Assembly (NCBI GenBank): GCA_016215445.1
Contig: JACRJL010000003.1
Coordinates: forward strand, 154,924 to 218,923
Source of the DNA: Candidatus Roizmanbacteria bacterium
GTDB lineage: Bacteria; Patescibacteriota; Microgenomatia; UBA1406; GWC2-37-13
Reading direction: 5' to 3'
DNA length: 64,000 bases
This document shows positions 9,420-19,576 of the stretch, piece after piece; position 1 is the stretch's first letter, and each line of letters starts with the position of its first letter. Under the pieces are notes generated by a model. It was not told where the DNA came from, made no database searches, and saw only the letters and a list, made by a program, of their open reading frames with translations. Both the position numbers and the translations under genes were made by a program.

Positions 9420-9899
9420 TTAAAGTTCAAGAATCGGTTCTTCGCCGTCAGGGACTTTGAATTTGTCTTGATCAAAAAGCTTGATTTTTTTAGGAGTCAG
9501 TTTATACATTCTGCCTTTGTATAAACCTTTTTTCATATTTTCAAAACTTATGTCTGGCCTTTGGATGTTTAAAAAGTCCTTCCAAAGTCTTAAGGCATAG
9601 TTGATTTTATTAATTCCAGAAACGCGCTCGACAGTGCCATAGATCTGTAAACCTTTTTTGGCGTCTGACGGTTTTTGCTGGGAATCGACGATCGCCGCGG
9701 CGACTTTTTTATTTTTTTCCATCTGTCGTCCGTGAATGGTCGTTGGAGTGCTGATGAAATAAATATTCAAGTCCTTATCGAACGAATAGTAGACGCTAGC
9801 AATCCAGGGATGTTCTCCATAAGTCGCCAAGACCATCAATTTTTTATCATCCAAAAATTCAAGGACGTCTTTTTTAGTCAGGACAAGATATTTTTTCAT
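9420..9899 (-). CDS. pyridoxamine 5'-phosphate oxidase family protein
   Basis: PNPOx-like split-barrel pattern (MVLATYGEHPWIASVYYSFD...). Confidence 0.65.
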   Translation of the reverse strand: MKKYLVLTKKDVLEFLDDKKLMVLATYGEHPWIASVYYSFDKDLNIYFISTPTTIHGRQMEKNKKVAAAIVDSQQKPSDAKKGLQIYGTVERVSGINKINYALRLWKDFLNIQRPDISFENMKKGLYKGRMYKLTPKKIKLFDQDKFKVPDGEEPILEL

Positions 9900-9926
9900 A
9901 TTTAAATTATACCGTATAATTATAAA

Positions 9927-10913
9927 ATGAATAAAATTTATCCCGGAAAACTCAAATCTGGTGACGAAGTAAGAGTGATTGCGCCTTCGAGGTCATTATC
10001 TATTATTGGAAGAGAAATTCAGGAAATCGCTAATGAAAGATTTTCCGAGTTGGGTTTGAACCTGACATTCGGTAAACACGTTAAAGAAACTGATGAATTT
10101 AATTCTTCTTCAATTCAATCAAGAATTGAAGATCTGCATGAAGCTTTCTCAGATAAAAATGTCAAAGCCGTTATTACAGTCATTGGTGGATTTAACTCCA
10201 ATCAGCTTCTAAGATATATTGATTGGAATTTAATCAAAGACAATCCGAAGATTTTTTTGGGTTACTCCGACATAACCGCGCTCAATAATTCCATATTTTC
10301 TAAAACAGGCTTGGTAACTTATTCAGGTCCCCACTATTCGACATTCGGGCAAAAATTAGATTTTGATTACGCTTTAGAATATTTTAAAAAATGTTTAATG
10401 TCCGATGATCCTTTTGAAATTTCCGCCAGTAAAGAATGGAGCGACGACTTATGGTTTATCGATCAAAATAATAGAAAGTTGGTAGGTAACCCAGGATTTC
10501 TTGTCGTCAATAAAGGAAATGCCGAGGGAACTATACTTGGTGCCAACCTTTGTACCTTTAATTTGCTTCAAGCAACAGAATATTTTCCCAATCTTGAAAA
10601 CTCTATACTATTTCTTGAAGACGACGCCGGATCTTTACCCCATTTCTTTGATAGGGATTTGCAATCGGTTATTCATTTGCCAGATTTTAAAAAGGTAAAA
10701 GGTTTGGTGATTGGCCGGTTTCAAAAGGAAAGCAAGATGACAAACGAGTTATTAATAAAAATTCTTAAGACAAAAAAAGAATTAGAGGATCTTCCAATTG
10801 TTGCCAATATTGACTTTGGTCACACAGACCCAAAAACTACTTTTCCGGTTGGAGGCGAAGTAAAAATTATTGCTGAAGAAAATAAAACAAAAATAGAAAT
10901 ACTAAAACATTAA
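9927..10913 (+). CDS. LD-carboxypeptidase (peptidase S66, LdcA/MccF-like)
   Basis: GYSDITAL nucleophile motif, C-terminal FGHT, 328 aa. Confidence 0.85.
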   Translation: MNKIYPGKLKSGDEVRVIAPSRSLSIIGREIQEIANERFSELGLNLTFGKHVKETDEFNSSSIQSRIEDLHEAFSDKNVKAVITVIGGFNSNQLLRYIDWNLIKDNPKIFLGYSDITALNNSIFSKTGLVTYSGPHYSTFGQKLDFDYALEYFKKCLMSDDPFEISASKEWSDDLWFIDQNNRKLVGNPGFLVVNKGNAEGTILGANLCTFNLLQATEYFPNLENSILFLEDDAGSLPHFFDRDLQSVIHLPDFKKVKGLVIGRFQKESKMTNELLIKILKTKKELEDLPIVANIDFGHTDPKTTFPVGGEVKIIAEENKTKIEILKH

Positions 10914-11533
10914 AGGAACAAGAAGGAAAAAAAAGCCGCCGAGGCGCCCAAAAGGGCACCGCCGACTACATCAGAAGTCCAGTGTTCTCCTAAGCTGACG
11001 CGGGAAACCAACATCACTCCGTTGAATATAATCAGCAAGCCGATCAAAAAAACTTTGGAAGGGTTTTTTAATTTTGATTTCATGATTAAATAAAAAAATA
11101 TCACCGAAATAAACACCGTCCTCAAGCTATGGCCCGAAGGATATGACGAACCTGTCTGGACATAAGAGGAAGGAAAGAGAAAGCCCAGGTTATAGCGGAA
11201 AAACATAAAAGGCGGTCCTGGATGGTGGACAAAAGCTTTGCCGATGATCTCGAAGACGTGGGCTCCTATAAAAGGAATAAAAACAAAAAAAGACAAAATC
11301 TTTTTTCTCAAAAGGGCGATAAAAAAAATCAAACCTCCCAGGATTTCAAAACTGCCGACAAGGCTGAAACTGGACAGGAAGGAATCGAATCTTACGGGTA
11401 GATTATCCTGAAGTCTTACGGTGATGTCGAAATCAATCACGTTAAAGACATCCTCTTTTACCAAGAACGTAAAAACTACAAACGCGGCCAAAAATAAAAA
11501 GCTAACGACAATCCAGACTAACTTCTTTTTCAT
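10910..11533 (-). CDS. PAP2 family phosphatase (membrane)
   Basis: PSGHS and SRVSLGEHWTSDV motifs with multiple TM segments. Confidence 0.85.
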   Translation of the reverse strand: MKKKLVWIVVSFLFLAAFVVFTFLVKEDVFNVIDFDITVRLQDNLPVRFDSFLSSFSLVGSFEILGGLIFFIALLRKKILSFFVFIPFIGAHVFEIIGKAFVHHPGPPFMFFRYNLGFLFPSSYVQTGSSYPSGHSLRTVFISVIFFYLIMKSKLKNPSKVFLIGLLIIFNGVMLVSRVSLGEHWTSDVVGGALLGASAAFFSFLFL

Positions 11534-11666
11534 TAATTAAATATATCACTTAAGATTATATTATTGATATAATTAAGATTATCGCGGCGTACCAACAAAG
11601 TGAATAGCCGCGATACAATTAAGGAAGATCGAAGGGATTAAACCAATAGGTTTCGTCCCAAGACTA

Positions 11667-11740
11667 CGGAGTGTAGTTCAGATGGCCAGAACGTACGCTT
11701 TGGGAGCGTAAGGTCGCGAGTTCAAGTCTCGCCACTCCGA
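11667..11740 (+). tRNA. tRNA-Pro (anticodon UGG), no encoded CCA
   Basis: Cloverleaf: acceptor CGGAGTG/CACTCCG, D arm GTTC..GAAC, anticodon arm TACGC-TTTGGGA-GCGTA, T arm GCGAG-TTCAAGT-CTCGC. Confidence 0.9.
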
Positions 11741-11744
11741 CATA

Positions 11745-12866
11745 ATGAAACTTTCAAAAAACATCGCCTTCCTTTTTTTTGTTTCGGTTTGGATATTAAG
11801 AATCATAAAAATCGGTTTTATCATAGATCATGGAATATTGAGCGACTTTAATTTGTTTTACCAGGCGGTCAATCATTTGTTTGGACCCGACCAGAATTTG
11901 AATTTGGTTATAAAATCGTCATATGGTCCACCTTTTATCTACCTGCCTTTTTTAATATTCATCAATATGCCTTTCAAGGTGGCGGAGATATCTATTACTT
12001 TAGTTAGCATTATTGGTTATTTATTTGCTTTCTATTATCTTTGGAAAAGTTACTATAAAGAAACGACGGCGTTATTTTGGTTGTTGTTAGGAGTAATGTC
12101 TTTTTCATTTCCAATTTCATACTCTCTTGGCATGGGTAATCCTATAGGGATAGTAACTTTAGGAGTTTATAGTTTATTTGTCTTAAAAGACAATTTTTGG
12201 AAAAGATTTTTATTCGTGATTTCTTCTCTCCTTAAGATTTTTCCAATTTCGGTTCTGTCCTATTTTGTTTTTAATAAGTTAAACAAGAAAGAACTTTTTT
12301 ACAGTCTTATGTCTTTATTGACAGGATTGTTGCTTAGTATAGTTTTACTTCCAAAAAATATCTGGTTTGAGTATCTAATCTGGTTAAATAAAATTAACCC
12401 GATTAATAAGGAGATTATTAACCCTTCTATATATAACCAGTCCTATTCTTCGACAGTTTCCCGATTTTTAAAAATCACCGATCTTCCGCCTTTCTATTAC
12501 CATTTTTTTATTTTTGTCCTAATCGCTGTAGTTGTTTACTATATATGGTTATCGAAAAAAAGGATCAAGGTTGAGCCTTTGGATGCCTCGGTATTTATTC
12601 TAAGTTTTTCACTCCTCATCCATCCTTATCCTTGGCAGTACTATTTTGCAGTCCTTTTACCTTATTTGGTTTTGAAAGTGGCGTCTAAAAACTATATCTT
12701 TTTAATACCTTTAATACTCATGAGCATCGATGGAAATAGATTTTTTTGGTCAGGATTGCTTAAATATTTTTTTGACAGTGCTCAATTTTTTTCCACCTTA
12801 ATACTTTTCTTTATGATTTTGTTTTCTTATCTTTATAAGATAAAGGTGAGGACATATAAATTATGA
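11745..12866 (+). CDS. polytopic membrane protein, possible GT-C/DUF2029-like glycosyltransferase
   Basis: 373 aa with more than 9 TM segments. The family assignment is tentative. Confidence 0.45.
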   Translation: MKLSKNIAFLFFVSVWILRIIKIGFIIDHGILSDFNLFYQAVNHLFGPDQNLNLVIKSSYGPPFIYLPFLIFINMPFKVAEISITLVSIIGYLFAFYYLWKSYYKETTALFWLLLGVMSFSFPISYSLGMGNPIGIVTLGVYSLFVLKDNFWKRFLFVISSLLKIFPISVLSYFVFNKLNKKELFYSLMSLLTGLLLSIVLLPKNIWFEYLIWLNKINPINKEIINPSIYNQSYSSTVSRFLKITDLPPFYYHFFIFVLIAVVVYYIWLSKKRIKVEPLDASVFILSFSLLIHPYPWQYYFAVLLPYLVLKVASKNYIFLIPLILMSIDGNRFFWSGLLKYFFDSAQFFSTLILFFMILFSYLYKIKVRTYKL

Positions 12867-13255
12867 AAAAGATATTCATAGTTGCCGCGGTTATATTAAC
12901 TACAGTAATCTTATTTATGTTTTTAAATAAGAAATCTTCTTTTATAGAATACAAACTCAATGGCAAAATCTATAAACTTTTGCCGGCTAAGAGCAGTTCG
13001 GAGTGGGAAAGGGGACTGATGAATTATCGGAGTAAAAAAGAATTGAAAGGCGCCGACGGAATGATTTTTATCTTTCCAAACAAAAACTTTCGAACTTTTT
13101 GGAACGAGAATACTTATTTAGATCTTGATATTTATTGGTTGAATGACGACAAGGTCGTCGGTAAAAGTTTTCTTCCTTCGATAGAAAAAAGTAGAGAAGC
13201 TGTTACAGTTGATTCGTTAAAAGCGGTTAATAAAGTAATAGAAATAATCCGTTGA
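12863..13255 (+). CDS. DUF192 domain protein
   Basis: Signal anchor plus FWNENTYLDLDIYWLNDDKVV, a DUF192-like pattern. Confidence 0.65.
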   Translation: MKKIFIVAAVILTTVILFMFLNKKSSFIEYKLNGKIYKLLPAKSSSEWERGLMNYRSKKELKGADGMIFIFPNKNFRTFWNENTYLDLDIYWLNDDKVVGKSFLPSIEKSREAVTVDSLKAVNKVIEIIR

Positions 13256-14437
13256 TTATTTTTTAAGGGCTTCGATTCCGGGAAGGGTTCCTTTCTCAAT
13301 GTATTCGAGCATGGCGCCGCCGCCAGTTGACACATGGGAAATTTTTTCCAAATATTCTTTTTTAGAGATTGCCGCCAGAGTGTCGCCGCCGCCGACTATT
13401 GAAGTCGCTTCGTCATTACGGGTGATCGAATAATAAATAAAATCGGTTCCTCTTCTGAAAACGGGGTTTTCAAAATAACCTACTGGTCCGTTCCAGATAA
13501 TGGTTCCTGCCTTGGCAATAATGCCGCCGATTTGAGCTTTTGTTTCCGGTCCGATATCGAAGATAGATTTTTTAGGAGGAATATTATTAATCTTTACCAC
13601 TTCGCTTGTCTTGTCGTCTTTTGTTGTCGCCACGACGGCGTCAACGGGTAAAACTATGAAAGCCCGGTTATTTTTTGCCAGAGAAAGGAGTTTTCTTGCT
13701 TGTTGGACGGCTTCGTATTCGCAAAAACTGGCGCCTATCTCATATCCTTGCGCACAGACAAAAGTATTGGCCAGTCCACCGCCGATAATAAGATAGTCGA
13801 CCATTTTAATCAATTTATTGACCAGGCCGATTTTTGTTGATACTTTGGCTCCGCCTATAATGGCAACGATCGGTTTTTTTGGGTTTTTTGTGACGCGGTC
13901 AAGCATTTCCAACTCTTTTTTCAACAAAAGTCCGCCATAACCTGGAATGAATTTTGGCGGGCCAATGACTGAAGTATCAGTTCTGTGACTGACGGCAAAA
14001 CCGTCGTTGACATAAGCATCAGCTAAAGCCGATAATTGTTTGGCAAACAAAGTGGAATAATCTTTTTCCTTCGGATAAAAACGGATGTTTTCCAGAACCA
14101 GAATCTCGTTTATTTTTTGTCCTTTAAATATTTTTTGGTCGCAGGTAAGAAAATCATCGACCAAAATTATTTTATAATCGGGTAAATATTCCTGCAATCT
14201 AATGACCACCGGTTTCAGAGAGTGTTTTGGGTCTCTGGTTTTTGGTCTGTTAAGTTTCGCAACACAGATTAATCTATTATTATTTTTTAATAAGTATTTT
14301 AAAGTAGGAAGATTTTGTTTAATTCGGATATCGTTGGCAATTGAGTAGTCGGGATTTAGAGAAACGTCGAAGTCAACTCTGACGAGTATTTGTTTATTTT
14401 TGATTTCCGCCTCGTCGATGTAGGTGACTTTAGACAT
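13256..14437 (-). CDS. pgk: phosphoglycerate kinase
   Basis: Full-length PGK pattern (ILVRVDFDV..., GGGDT..., STGGGA). Start set at MSKVTY (ATG 14437), overlapping the gap stop as ATGTCTAA. Confidence 0.93.
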   Translation of the reverse strand: MSKVTYIDEAEIKNKQILVRVDFDVSLNPDYSIANDIRIKQNLPTLKYLLKNNNRLICVAKLNRPKTRDPKHSLKPVVIRLQEYLPDYKIILVDDFLTCDQKIFKGQKINEILVLENIRFYPKEKDYSTLFAKQLSALADAYVNDGFAVSHRTDTSVIGPPKFIPGYGGLLLKKELEMLDRVTKNPKKPIVAIIGGAKVSTKIGLVNKLIKMVDYLIIGGGLANTFVCAQGYEIGASFCEYEAVQQARKLLSLAKNNRAFIVLPVDAVVATTKDDKTSEVVKINNIPPKKSIFDIGPETKAQIGGIIAKAGTIIWNGPVGYFENPVFRRGTDFIYYSITRNDEATSIVGGGDTLAAISKKEYLEKISHVSTGGGAMLEYIEKGTLPGIEALKK

Positions 14438-15443
14438 AATCGGATAATCTTTCCACCAAATCAACTAATCTTGTCGAATAGCCCCATTCATTATCATACC
14501 AGCCAAAGACTTTTATTAAAGTTCCGTTGACGACCTTGGTATAGTTGGCATCAAAAACGCAAGAGTAAGAAGAAGTAATAAAGTCGGAAGAAACAAGGAC
14601 TTTATCTTCATAACCCAAAATTCCTTTCATCGTCGACTGGGAAGCCTCTCTGAATTTTCTATTTACTTCCTCGGCAGAGGTAGATTTTTCAACAATGGCA
14701 GAAATATCGGTGATTGAACCAGTAGCAACAGGAACGCGGAGTGCCATCCCGTCAACCTTACCTTTTAAATCGGGAATAACTTTTGCGACGGCTTTGGCGG
14801 CGCCTGTTGTCGAAGGGACAATATTAGTAAAAGCCGAACGAGAACGAGCCTCATTTTTATTGGCGTCGTCGAGCATGCTTTGGCTAATAGTGACAGCATG
14901 AACTGTGGTTAAAAAACCAGAGACAACTTTAAAATTATCATTTATAACTTTGAACATAGGCGCGGCGCAGTTGGTCGTGCATGAGCACATAGAGATAACG
15001 TGATTATTTTTAAAATCAAAAACATCGTCGTTAATACCTAAAGCTAGGTGAGGGGTTTCTTCGTCTTTGGCGGGAGCCGACAAAATAACTTTTTTGACAC
15101 TTCCTCTCAAGTGTTTTTCAAGGTCAGGTTTTTTTGGGAAAGCGCCTGTGGCATCGACAACCACATCAACTCCATATTTTTCCCAAGGGATATTTTCAGG
15201 CTTATCGTTTAGAAGTGTTGGAATTTTTTTTCCATCGACATCTATTCCATCAATTACATCTTTGACTTCTTTTGAAAATCTTCGATAAACAGAGTCGTGT
15301 TGAAGTAAGTAGGCCATCATTGAAGTGGGAGTTTTTCTTGTATTGATTGCAACGATATTAAAGTTATTTCTTGACAAAGCAATCCTTGTAAAAGCCCTAC
15401 CAATCCGCCCAAAGCCGTTTAGACCGACCTTGATTTTTTTCAT
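14430..15443 (-). CDS. gap: glyceraldehyde-3-phosphate dehydrogenase
   Basis: NGFGRIGR and SCTTNC active-site motifs, with WYDNEWGYS at the C-terminus. Confidence 0.95.
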   Translation of the reverse strand: MKKIKVGLNGFGRIGRAFTRIALSRNNFNIVAINTRKTPTSMMAYLLQHDSVYRRFSKEVKDVIDGIDVDGKKIPTLLNDKPENIPWEKYGVDVVVDATGAFPKKPDLEKHLRGSVKKVILSAPAKDEETPHLALGINDDVFDFKNNHVISMCSCTTNCAAPMFKVINDNFKVVSGFLTTVHAVTISQSMLDDANKNEARSRSAFTNIVPSTTGAAKAVAKVIPDLKGKVDGMALRVPVATGSITDISAIVEKSTSAEEVNRKFREASQSTMKGILGYEDKVLVSSDFITSSYSCVFDANYTKVVNGTLIKVFGWYDNEWGYSTRLVDLVERLSDYV

Positions 15444-15450
15444 TATATTT

Positions 15451-16401
15451 TTATTTTACCTGATGCAAATGATGATGAGTAGTCAAATAACGGATAGTTT
15501 TGGATTGGGCGCGCATAACAATAGAATGGGTAATAAGTTTATTTTCTTTAAAGACTACTCCTTGAAGAAGTGGGCCATCAATGACGCCGGTTGCTGTAAA
15601 TGTTAGCTGGTTGCCGTGGGCTATATCATCGGCAGTGAAAATTTTTTTCAGATTTTTTATTCCCATGGCTTTGATTTTTCCAATATCGGATTCTTTCTTG
15701 GGTCGAAATCGACTTAACATTTCTCCTCCTAAAATTTTTAGGGCAACGGCTGCCAACACAGATTCGGTAGATCCACCTGACCCCATCAAAAGATCGATTC
15801 CGGACTCAGGGATGCAAGTGGCAATCGCGGCCGCGACGTCTCCATCAGTAATCAGCCTGACTCGTGCACCGACTGCGCGGGCTTCGGTCATAATCGGATA
15901 ATTTCTTTCTCTGTCAAGCATCATTATCGTAATTTCCCTAACGTCTTTTCCGATTGCTTTGGCGGCTTTTTTAATGTTTCCTGTAACAGAATCTTCCAGG
16001 TCAATGACTTTCCCGGCTTTCGGACCGGTAGCCAATTTATCCATATAAGTGTCAGGGGCGTGAAGAAGACTTTTAGGAGAGCCTGCGGCAATCACGGCCA
16101 TAGCATTAAATCTTCCGTGGGCGACGCTGTCTGTACATTCAAGAGGATCAATTGCCAGATCCATTTCCGGACCGCGTCCAGTGCCGACTTTTTCTCCTGT
16201 ATAGAGCATAGGCGCTTCGTCTTTTTCACCTTCTCCAATGACGACCGTGCCTTTGAAATCAACGTAGTTAAATCTTTTTCTCATTTCGTCAACAGCAGCA
16301 CCGTCGGCTTTGTTTTTTTCTCCTCTTCCGACCCAGCGAGCGGCAGCGATTGCGGCTGCTTCTGTCACTCTAACGAATTCAAGAGCAAGATTTCTATCCA
16401 T
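15451..16401 (-). CDS. glpX: class II fructose-1,6-bisphosphatase (GlpX type)
   Basis: The N-terminus MDRNLALEFVRVTEAAAIAAARWVGRGEKNKADGAAVDEMR is typical of GlpX. Confidence 0.92.
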   Translation of the reverse strand: MDRNLALEFVRVTEAAAIAAARWVGRGEKNKADGAAVDEMRKRFNYVDFKGTVVIGEGEKDEAPMLYTGEKVGTGRGPEMDLAIDPLECTDSVAHGRFNAMAVIAAGSPKSLLHAPDTYMDKLATGPKAGKVIDLEDSVTGNIKKAAKAIGKDVREITIMMLDRERNYPIMTEARAVGARVRLITDGDVAAAIATCIPESGIDLLMGSGGSTESVLAAVALKILGGEMLSRFRPKKESDIGKIKAMGIKNLKKIFTADDIAHGNQLTFTATGVIDGPLLQGVVFKENKLITHSIVMRAQSKTIRYLTTHHHLHQVK

Positions 16402-16501
16402 AATGATTGTCTATAATGTACAAATTTAGGAATCTTTTGTCAACTTGCTTTTGTTTTTTGTTAATTATAGAATGTTTTAATTATTTGTTATTCAATCTTA
16501 T

Positions 16502-17503
16502 ATGACAGATCAAACAATGGGAAAAAGCTTAGCTCAAGTAGCTAAAGAATTAGTTGCTCCGAAGAAAGGTATTTTGGCAGCTGATGAAAGTACAGGAACT
16601 ATGAAAAAAAGACTCGACGCTATTGGTGTCGAATCGACACCTGTAAACCGTTCTTTATGGAGGGAGATTATGGCAACTTCTGCTGGTTTTGATTCGGCTA
16701 TAAGTGGAGTGATATTGTTTGATGAAACACTTCGTAATCCTTTGCCTAACGGTCAGATGATTTCCGATCTACTCAAATCAAAAAATGTTCATCCAGGTAT
16801 CAAAGTAGACAAGGGAACGATCAAGTTTAACGCCGAAGAAGAAACCTTTACTTTAGGTTTAGACGGTTTAACAGAACGTTTGATTGAATATAAAGGACTC
16901 GGAGCTACTTTTGCTAAATGGAGAGCCGTTTATAAGGTAGGAAACAGTATCCCTTCAGAAGCGGCGGTCATGTCTAATTCCATTGGTTTGGCCGAATATG
17001 CTTTACTAGTTCAAAAGGCGGGATTAGTTCCTATTGTGGAACCAGAAGTTTTGGTATTGGAAGGTGATCATGATATAAGTCTAAGTAGAAAGGTGACGGA
17101 AAAAGTTTTAAAAGATGTTTTTTATTGGTTGGAGAAATTTGGGGTTAAACTCGATTCTATGTTGCTTAAACCAAATATGGTTCTACCAGGAAAAAAATGT
17201 CCGACTCAAGCGACAGCAGAAGAAATCGCCAAAGAGACGGTAACTGTATTAAGAGCGACTGTTCCGAGTCAAGTCCCGGGAATTGTCTTTTTATCAGGTG
17301 GTTTGACACCCGATCAATCAACAGAATATTTGAAAAAAATGAACACAATGTTTAAAGATCTACCTTGGCAGTTGAGTTATTCGTTTGGACGGGCACTACA
17401 GCAGGAAGGTTTGCAAGCCTGGGGTGGGAAAAAAGAAAATCTCAAGGCTGCCCAGGATGCATTTTTAGCAAGAGCAAAAAAAGTCTCTGAGGCTAGGGAA
17501 TAG
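16502..17503 (+). CDS. fba: class I fructose-bisphosphate aldolase
   Basis: [15 protein letters not shown] and LLKPNMV (Schiff-base Lys region), 333 aa. Confidence 0.9.
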   Translation: MTDQTMGKSLAQVAKELVAPKKGILAADESTGTMKKRLDAIGVESTPVNRSLWREIMATSAGFDSAISGVILFDETLRNPLPNGQMISDLLKSKNVHPGIKVDKGTIKFNAEEETFTLGLDGLTERLIEYKGLGATFAKWRAVYKVGNSIPSEAAVMSNSIGLAEYALLVQKAGLVPIVEPEVLVLEGDHDISLSRKVTEKVLKDVFYWLEKFGVKLDSMLLKPNMVLPGKKCPTQATAEEIAKETVTVLRATVPSQVPGIVFLSGGLTPDQSTEYLKKMNTMFKDLPWQLSYSFGRALQQEGLQAWGGKKENLKAAQDAFLARAKKVSEARE

Positions 17504-17729
17504 GGTCATAGCCGCCTTTATTCCAAGGGTGGCAGCGGATGATTCTTTTTAATCCAAAAAAAGATCCTTTTATAACTCCAAATTTTTCTATTGCTTGATA
17601 AGTGTAAAAAGAGCAAGTAGGTGTAAATCTACAGGCGGAATCGGTTAGATACAACTGTTTTAAGATTGAACTTCGAAGTAAACGACTTTTCTGATAGAGC
17701 TTAATTAGTTTTAAAACGAGCTTTTTCAT
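17493..17729 (-). CDS. yidD: membrane protein insertion efficiency factor YidD
   Basis: [19 protein letters not shown]...[14 protein letters not shown]. Confidence 0.9.
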   Translation of the reverse strand: MKKLVLKLIKLYQKSRLLRSSILKQLYLTDSACRFTPTCSFYTYQAIEKFGVIKGSFFGLKRIIRCHPWNKGGYDPIP

Positions 17730-17744
17730 TGTTATAATTCTACT

Positions 17745-18158
17745 ATGAACATAGGTTTAATTTACATCGTCGTCTCGGAATTTTTTTGGGCAGGAGAATT
17801 ATTATTGGTGAGAAAGTTTTTTCCCAATGCCAATCCGATATTTATGACGGCAATGACATCTCTGGCGGCATCGGTTATTTATCTTCCGACAATTTTTATA
17901 TATAAGCAAAAATTCAGCATTTTTGAGTGGTTTATCATTGGGATTCTTGGGCTGTTTTCTTTTGGCATTGCTCAAATATTCTATATTAAAGGAATCCAGT
18001 TGGGGCCGAGTGCTTTTTCGATTGCCATAGCGACATTGACCTTGCCATTTCTTTCGGTTTTAATGAGTCTAATTTTTTTTAAAGAGCCGATTACTTTAAA
18101 AATCATAATCGGATCTATATTAATGATAGTAGGATTCCTTTTTATTTCTTCAACATAA
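17745..18158 (+). CDS. single-domain EamA/DMT-family membrane protein
   Basis: 137 aa with 4-5 TM segments and an EamA-like pattern. Confidence 0.6.
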   Translation: MNIGLIYIVVSEFFWAGELLLVRKFFPNANPIFMTAMTSLAASVIYLPTIFIYKQKFSIFEWFIIGILGLFSFGIAQIFYIKGIQLGPSAFSIAIATLTLPFLSVLMSLIFFKEPITLKIIIGSILMIVGFLFISST

Positions 18159-18163
18159 AATAA

Positions 18164-18880
18164 ATGAAAATAACCGTTCTGACATTATTTCCCAAAATGA
18201 TATCTGGTTTTTTTGAGGAAAGCATTATCAAGCGGGCAGTTGAAAAAAAACTGGTTGAAATAGAATTAGTTAATCTGCGTGACTTTGCCATTGATGAATA
18301 CGGGACAGTTGACGACAGACCGTATGGCGGAGGCGCGGGGATGGTTTTGAGAGTGGACGTGATTCATAAGGCACTCTCAAAAATTACAAATGACAAATTA
18401 CAAATGACAAATAAAATTAAAAATTCAAAATTAAAAATAGTTTTGACTTCACCGCGCGGAAAAGTTTTTGATCAAGGTAAAGCCCAGGAATATTCAAAAC
18501 TTGAGCATTTAATTATTATTGCAGGACATTATGAAGGCGTGGATGAAAGAGTTAATGAGTTTATCGATGAAGAAGTGTCAATCGGTGACTATGTTTTAAC
18601 CGGAGGAGAAATTCCTGTAGCAGTAATCGTCGATTCGGTGGTTCGGCTTATTTCCGGAGTTTTGAAAAAAGAAGAGGCGGTTAGAAATGAAACGTTTGAT
18701 ATCGATGGAAAAAAATTATTAGAATATCCGCATTATACAAGGCCGGAAAATTTTGAAGGTTTAAAAGTTCCAGATGTACTATTGAGTGGAAATCACAAAG
18801 AGATCGAAGAGTGGCGTTTGAACAAGGCAGAGGAAATAACGAAAAAAAACCGCCCAGATCTTCTTGACAGAAAAAAATAA
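18164..18880 (+). CDS. trmD: tRNA (guanine37-N1)-methyltransferase
   Basis: VLTLFPKM, DDRPYGGGAGMV and GHYEGVDERV motifs. Contains a low-complexity insert. Confidence 0.93.
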   Translation: MKITVLTLFPKMISGFFEESIIKRAVEKKLVEIELVNLRDFAIDEYGTVDDRPYGGGAGMVLRVDVIHKALSKITNDKLQMTNKIKNSKLKIVLTSPRGKVFDQGKAQEYSKLEHLIIIAGHYEGVDERVNEFIDEEVSIGDYVLTGGEIPVAVIVDSVVRLISGVLKKEEAVRNETFDIDGKKLLEYPHYTRPENFEGLKVPDVLLSGNHKEIEEWRLNKAEEITKKNRPDLLDRKK

Positions 18881-18922
18881 GGAGTCTACAATCTAACTAT
18901 TACTAGTTTAATAATAGTTCTT

Positions 18923-19537
18923 ATGAAAGCAATGAAATTGGAAGCAAAAAAATTCTCGGAAAATTTATATTCGATGAAAGGTATATCCAAAAAAACCGTC
19001 GAAGAGCACTTAAAACTTTATCAAGGATATATAAATAAATATAATGAAATCCAGGAAAAGCTGGCTACCTTAACAGACGATGATTACGCAAAAGCCAACC
19101 AAGTATATTCGATGGTGCGTGAACTTAAAGTAGAACTTTCGTTTGCTTGGGGAGGAGTTGTAAACCATGAGATTTACTTTGGTCATCTAGGTGGAAAGGG
19201 TGGAGCTCCGAGCGAAAAATTATTAGCCCAGATCGAAAAAGATTTTGACAGCTTTGAAATGTATAAAAAAGACTTGAAAGCTACCGGTATAAGCGCGCGA
19301 GGATGGGTGTGGACAGGATGGAATTGGAGAGAGGAAAGATTGGTAAATTATCTCGGGGATTCTCAGAATACTTTTCCAATGTGGGAGGTTGAACCAATCT
19401 TAGCTCTTGATACATATGAACACGCATACTTTATTGATTATGGTGTAAATAGAGGAAATTATATCGACGCTTTTCTTGAAAATATAAACTGGGGGGAGGT
19501 TGAAGAATCTTATAAGAGTTATATGGAGTATAAATAA
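18923..19537 (+). CDS. Fe/Mn superoxide dismutase family protein (divergent)
   Basis: GGVVNHEIYFGHL and LDTYEHAYFIDYG motifs are present, but the N-terminal HH motif is reduced. Confidence 0.7.
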   Translation: MKAMKLEAKKFSENLYSMKGISKKTVEEHLKLYQGYINKYNEIQEKLATLTDDDYAKANQVYSMVRELKVELSFAWGGVVNHEIYFGHLGGKGGAPSEKLLAQIEKDFDSFEMYKKDLKATGISARGWVWTGWNWREERLVNYLGDSQNTFPMWEVEPILALDTYEHAYFIDYGVNRGNYIDAFLENINWGEVEESYKSYMEYK

Positions 19538-19576
19538 AGTAATAATAGAAAGCGTTCATATTATATAATCTTCATT

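Noticed and set aside
13256-14464. Longer pgk start (MIWWKDYPIMSKV...) from the track
   Set aside because: It would overlap the gap gene by 35 nt. The conserved PGK N-terminus begins at MSKVTY (ATG 14437), which forms a typical ATGTCTAA overlap with the gap stop.
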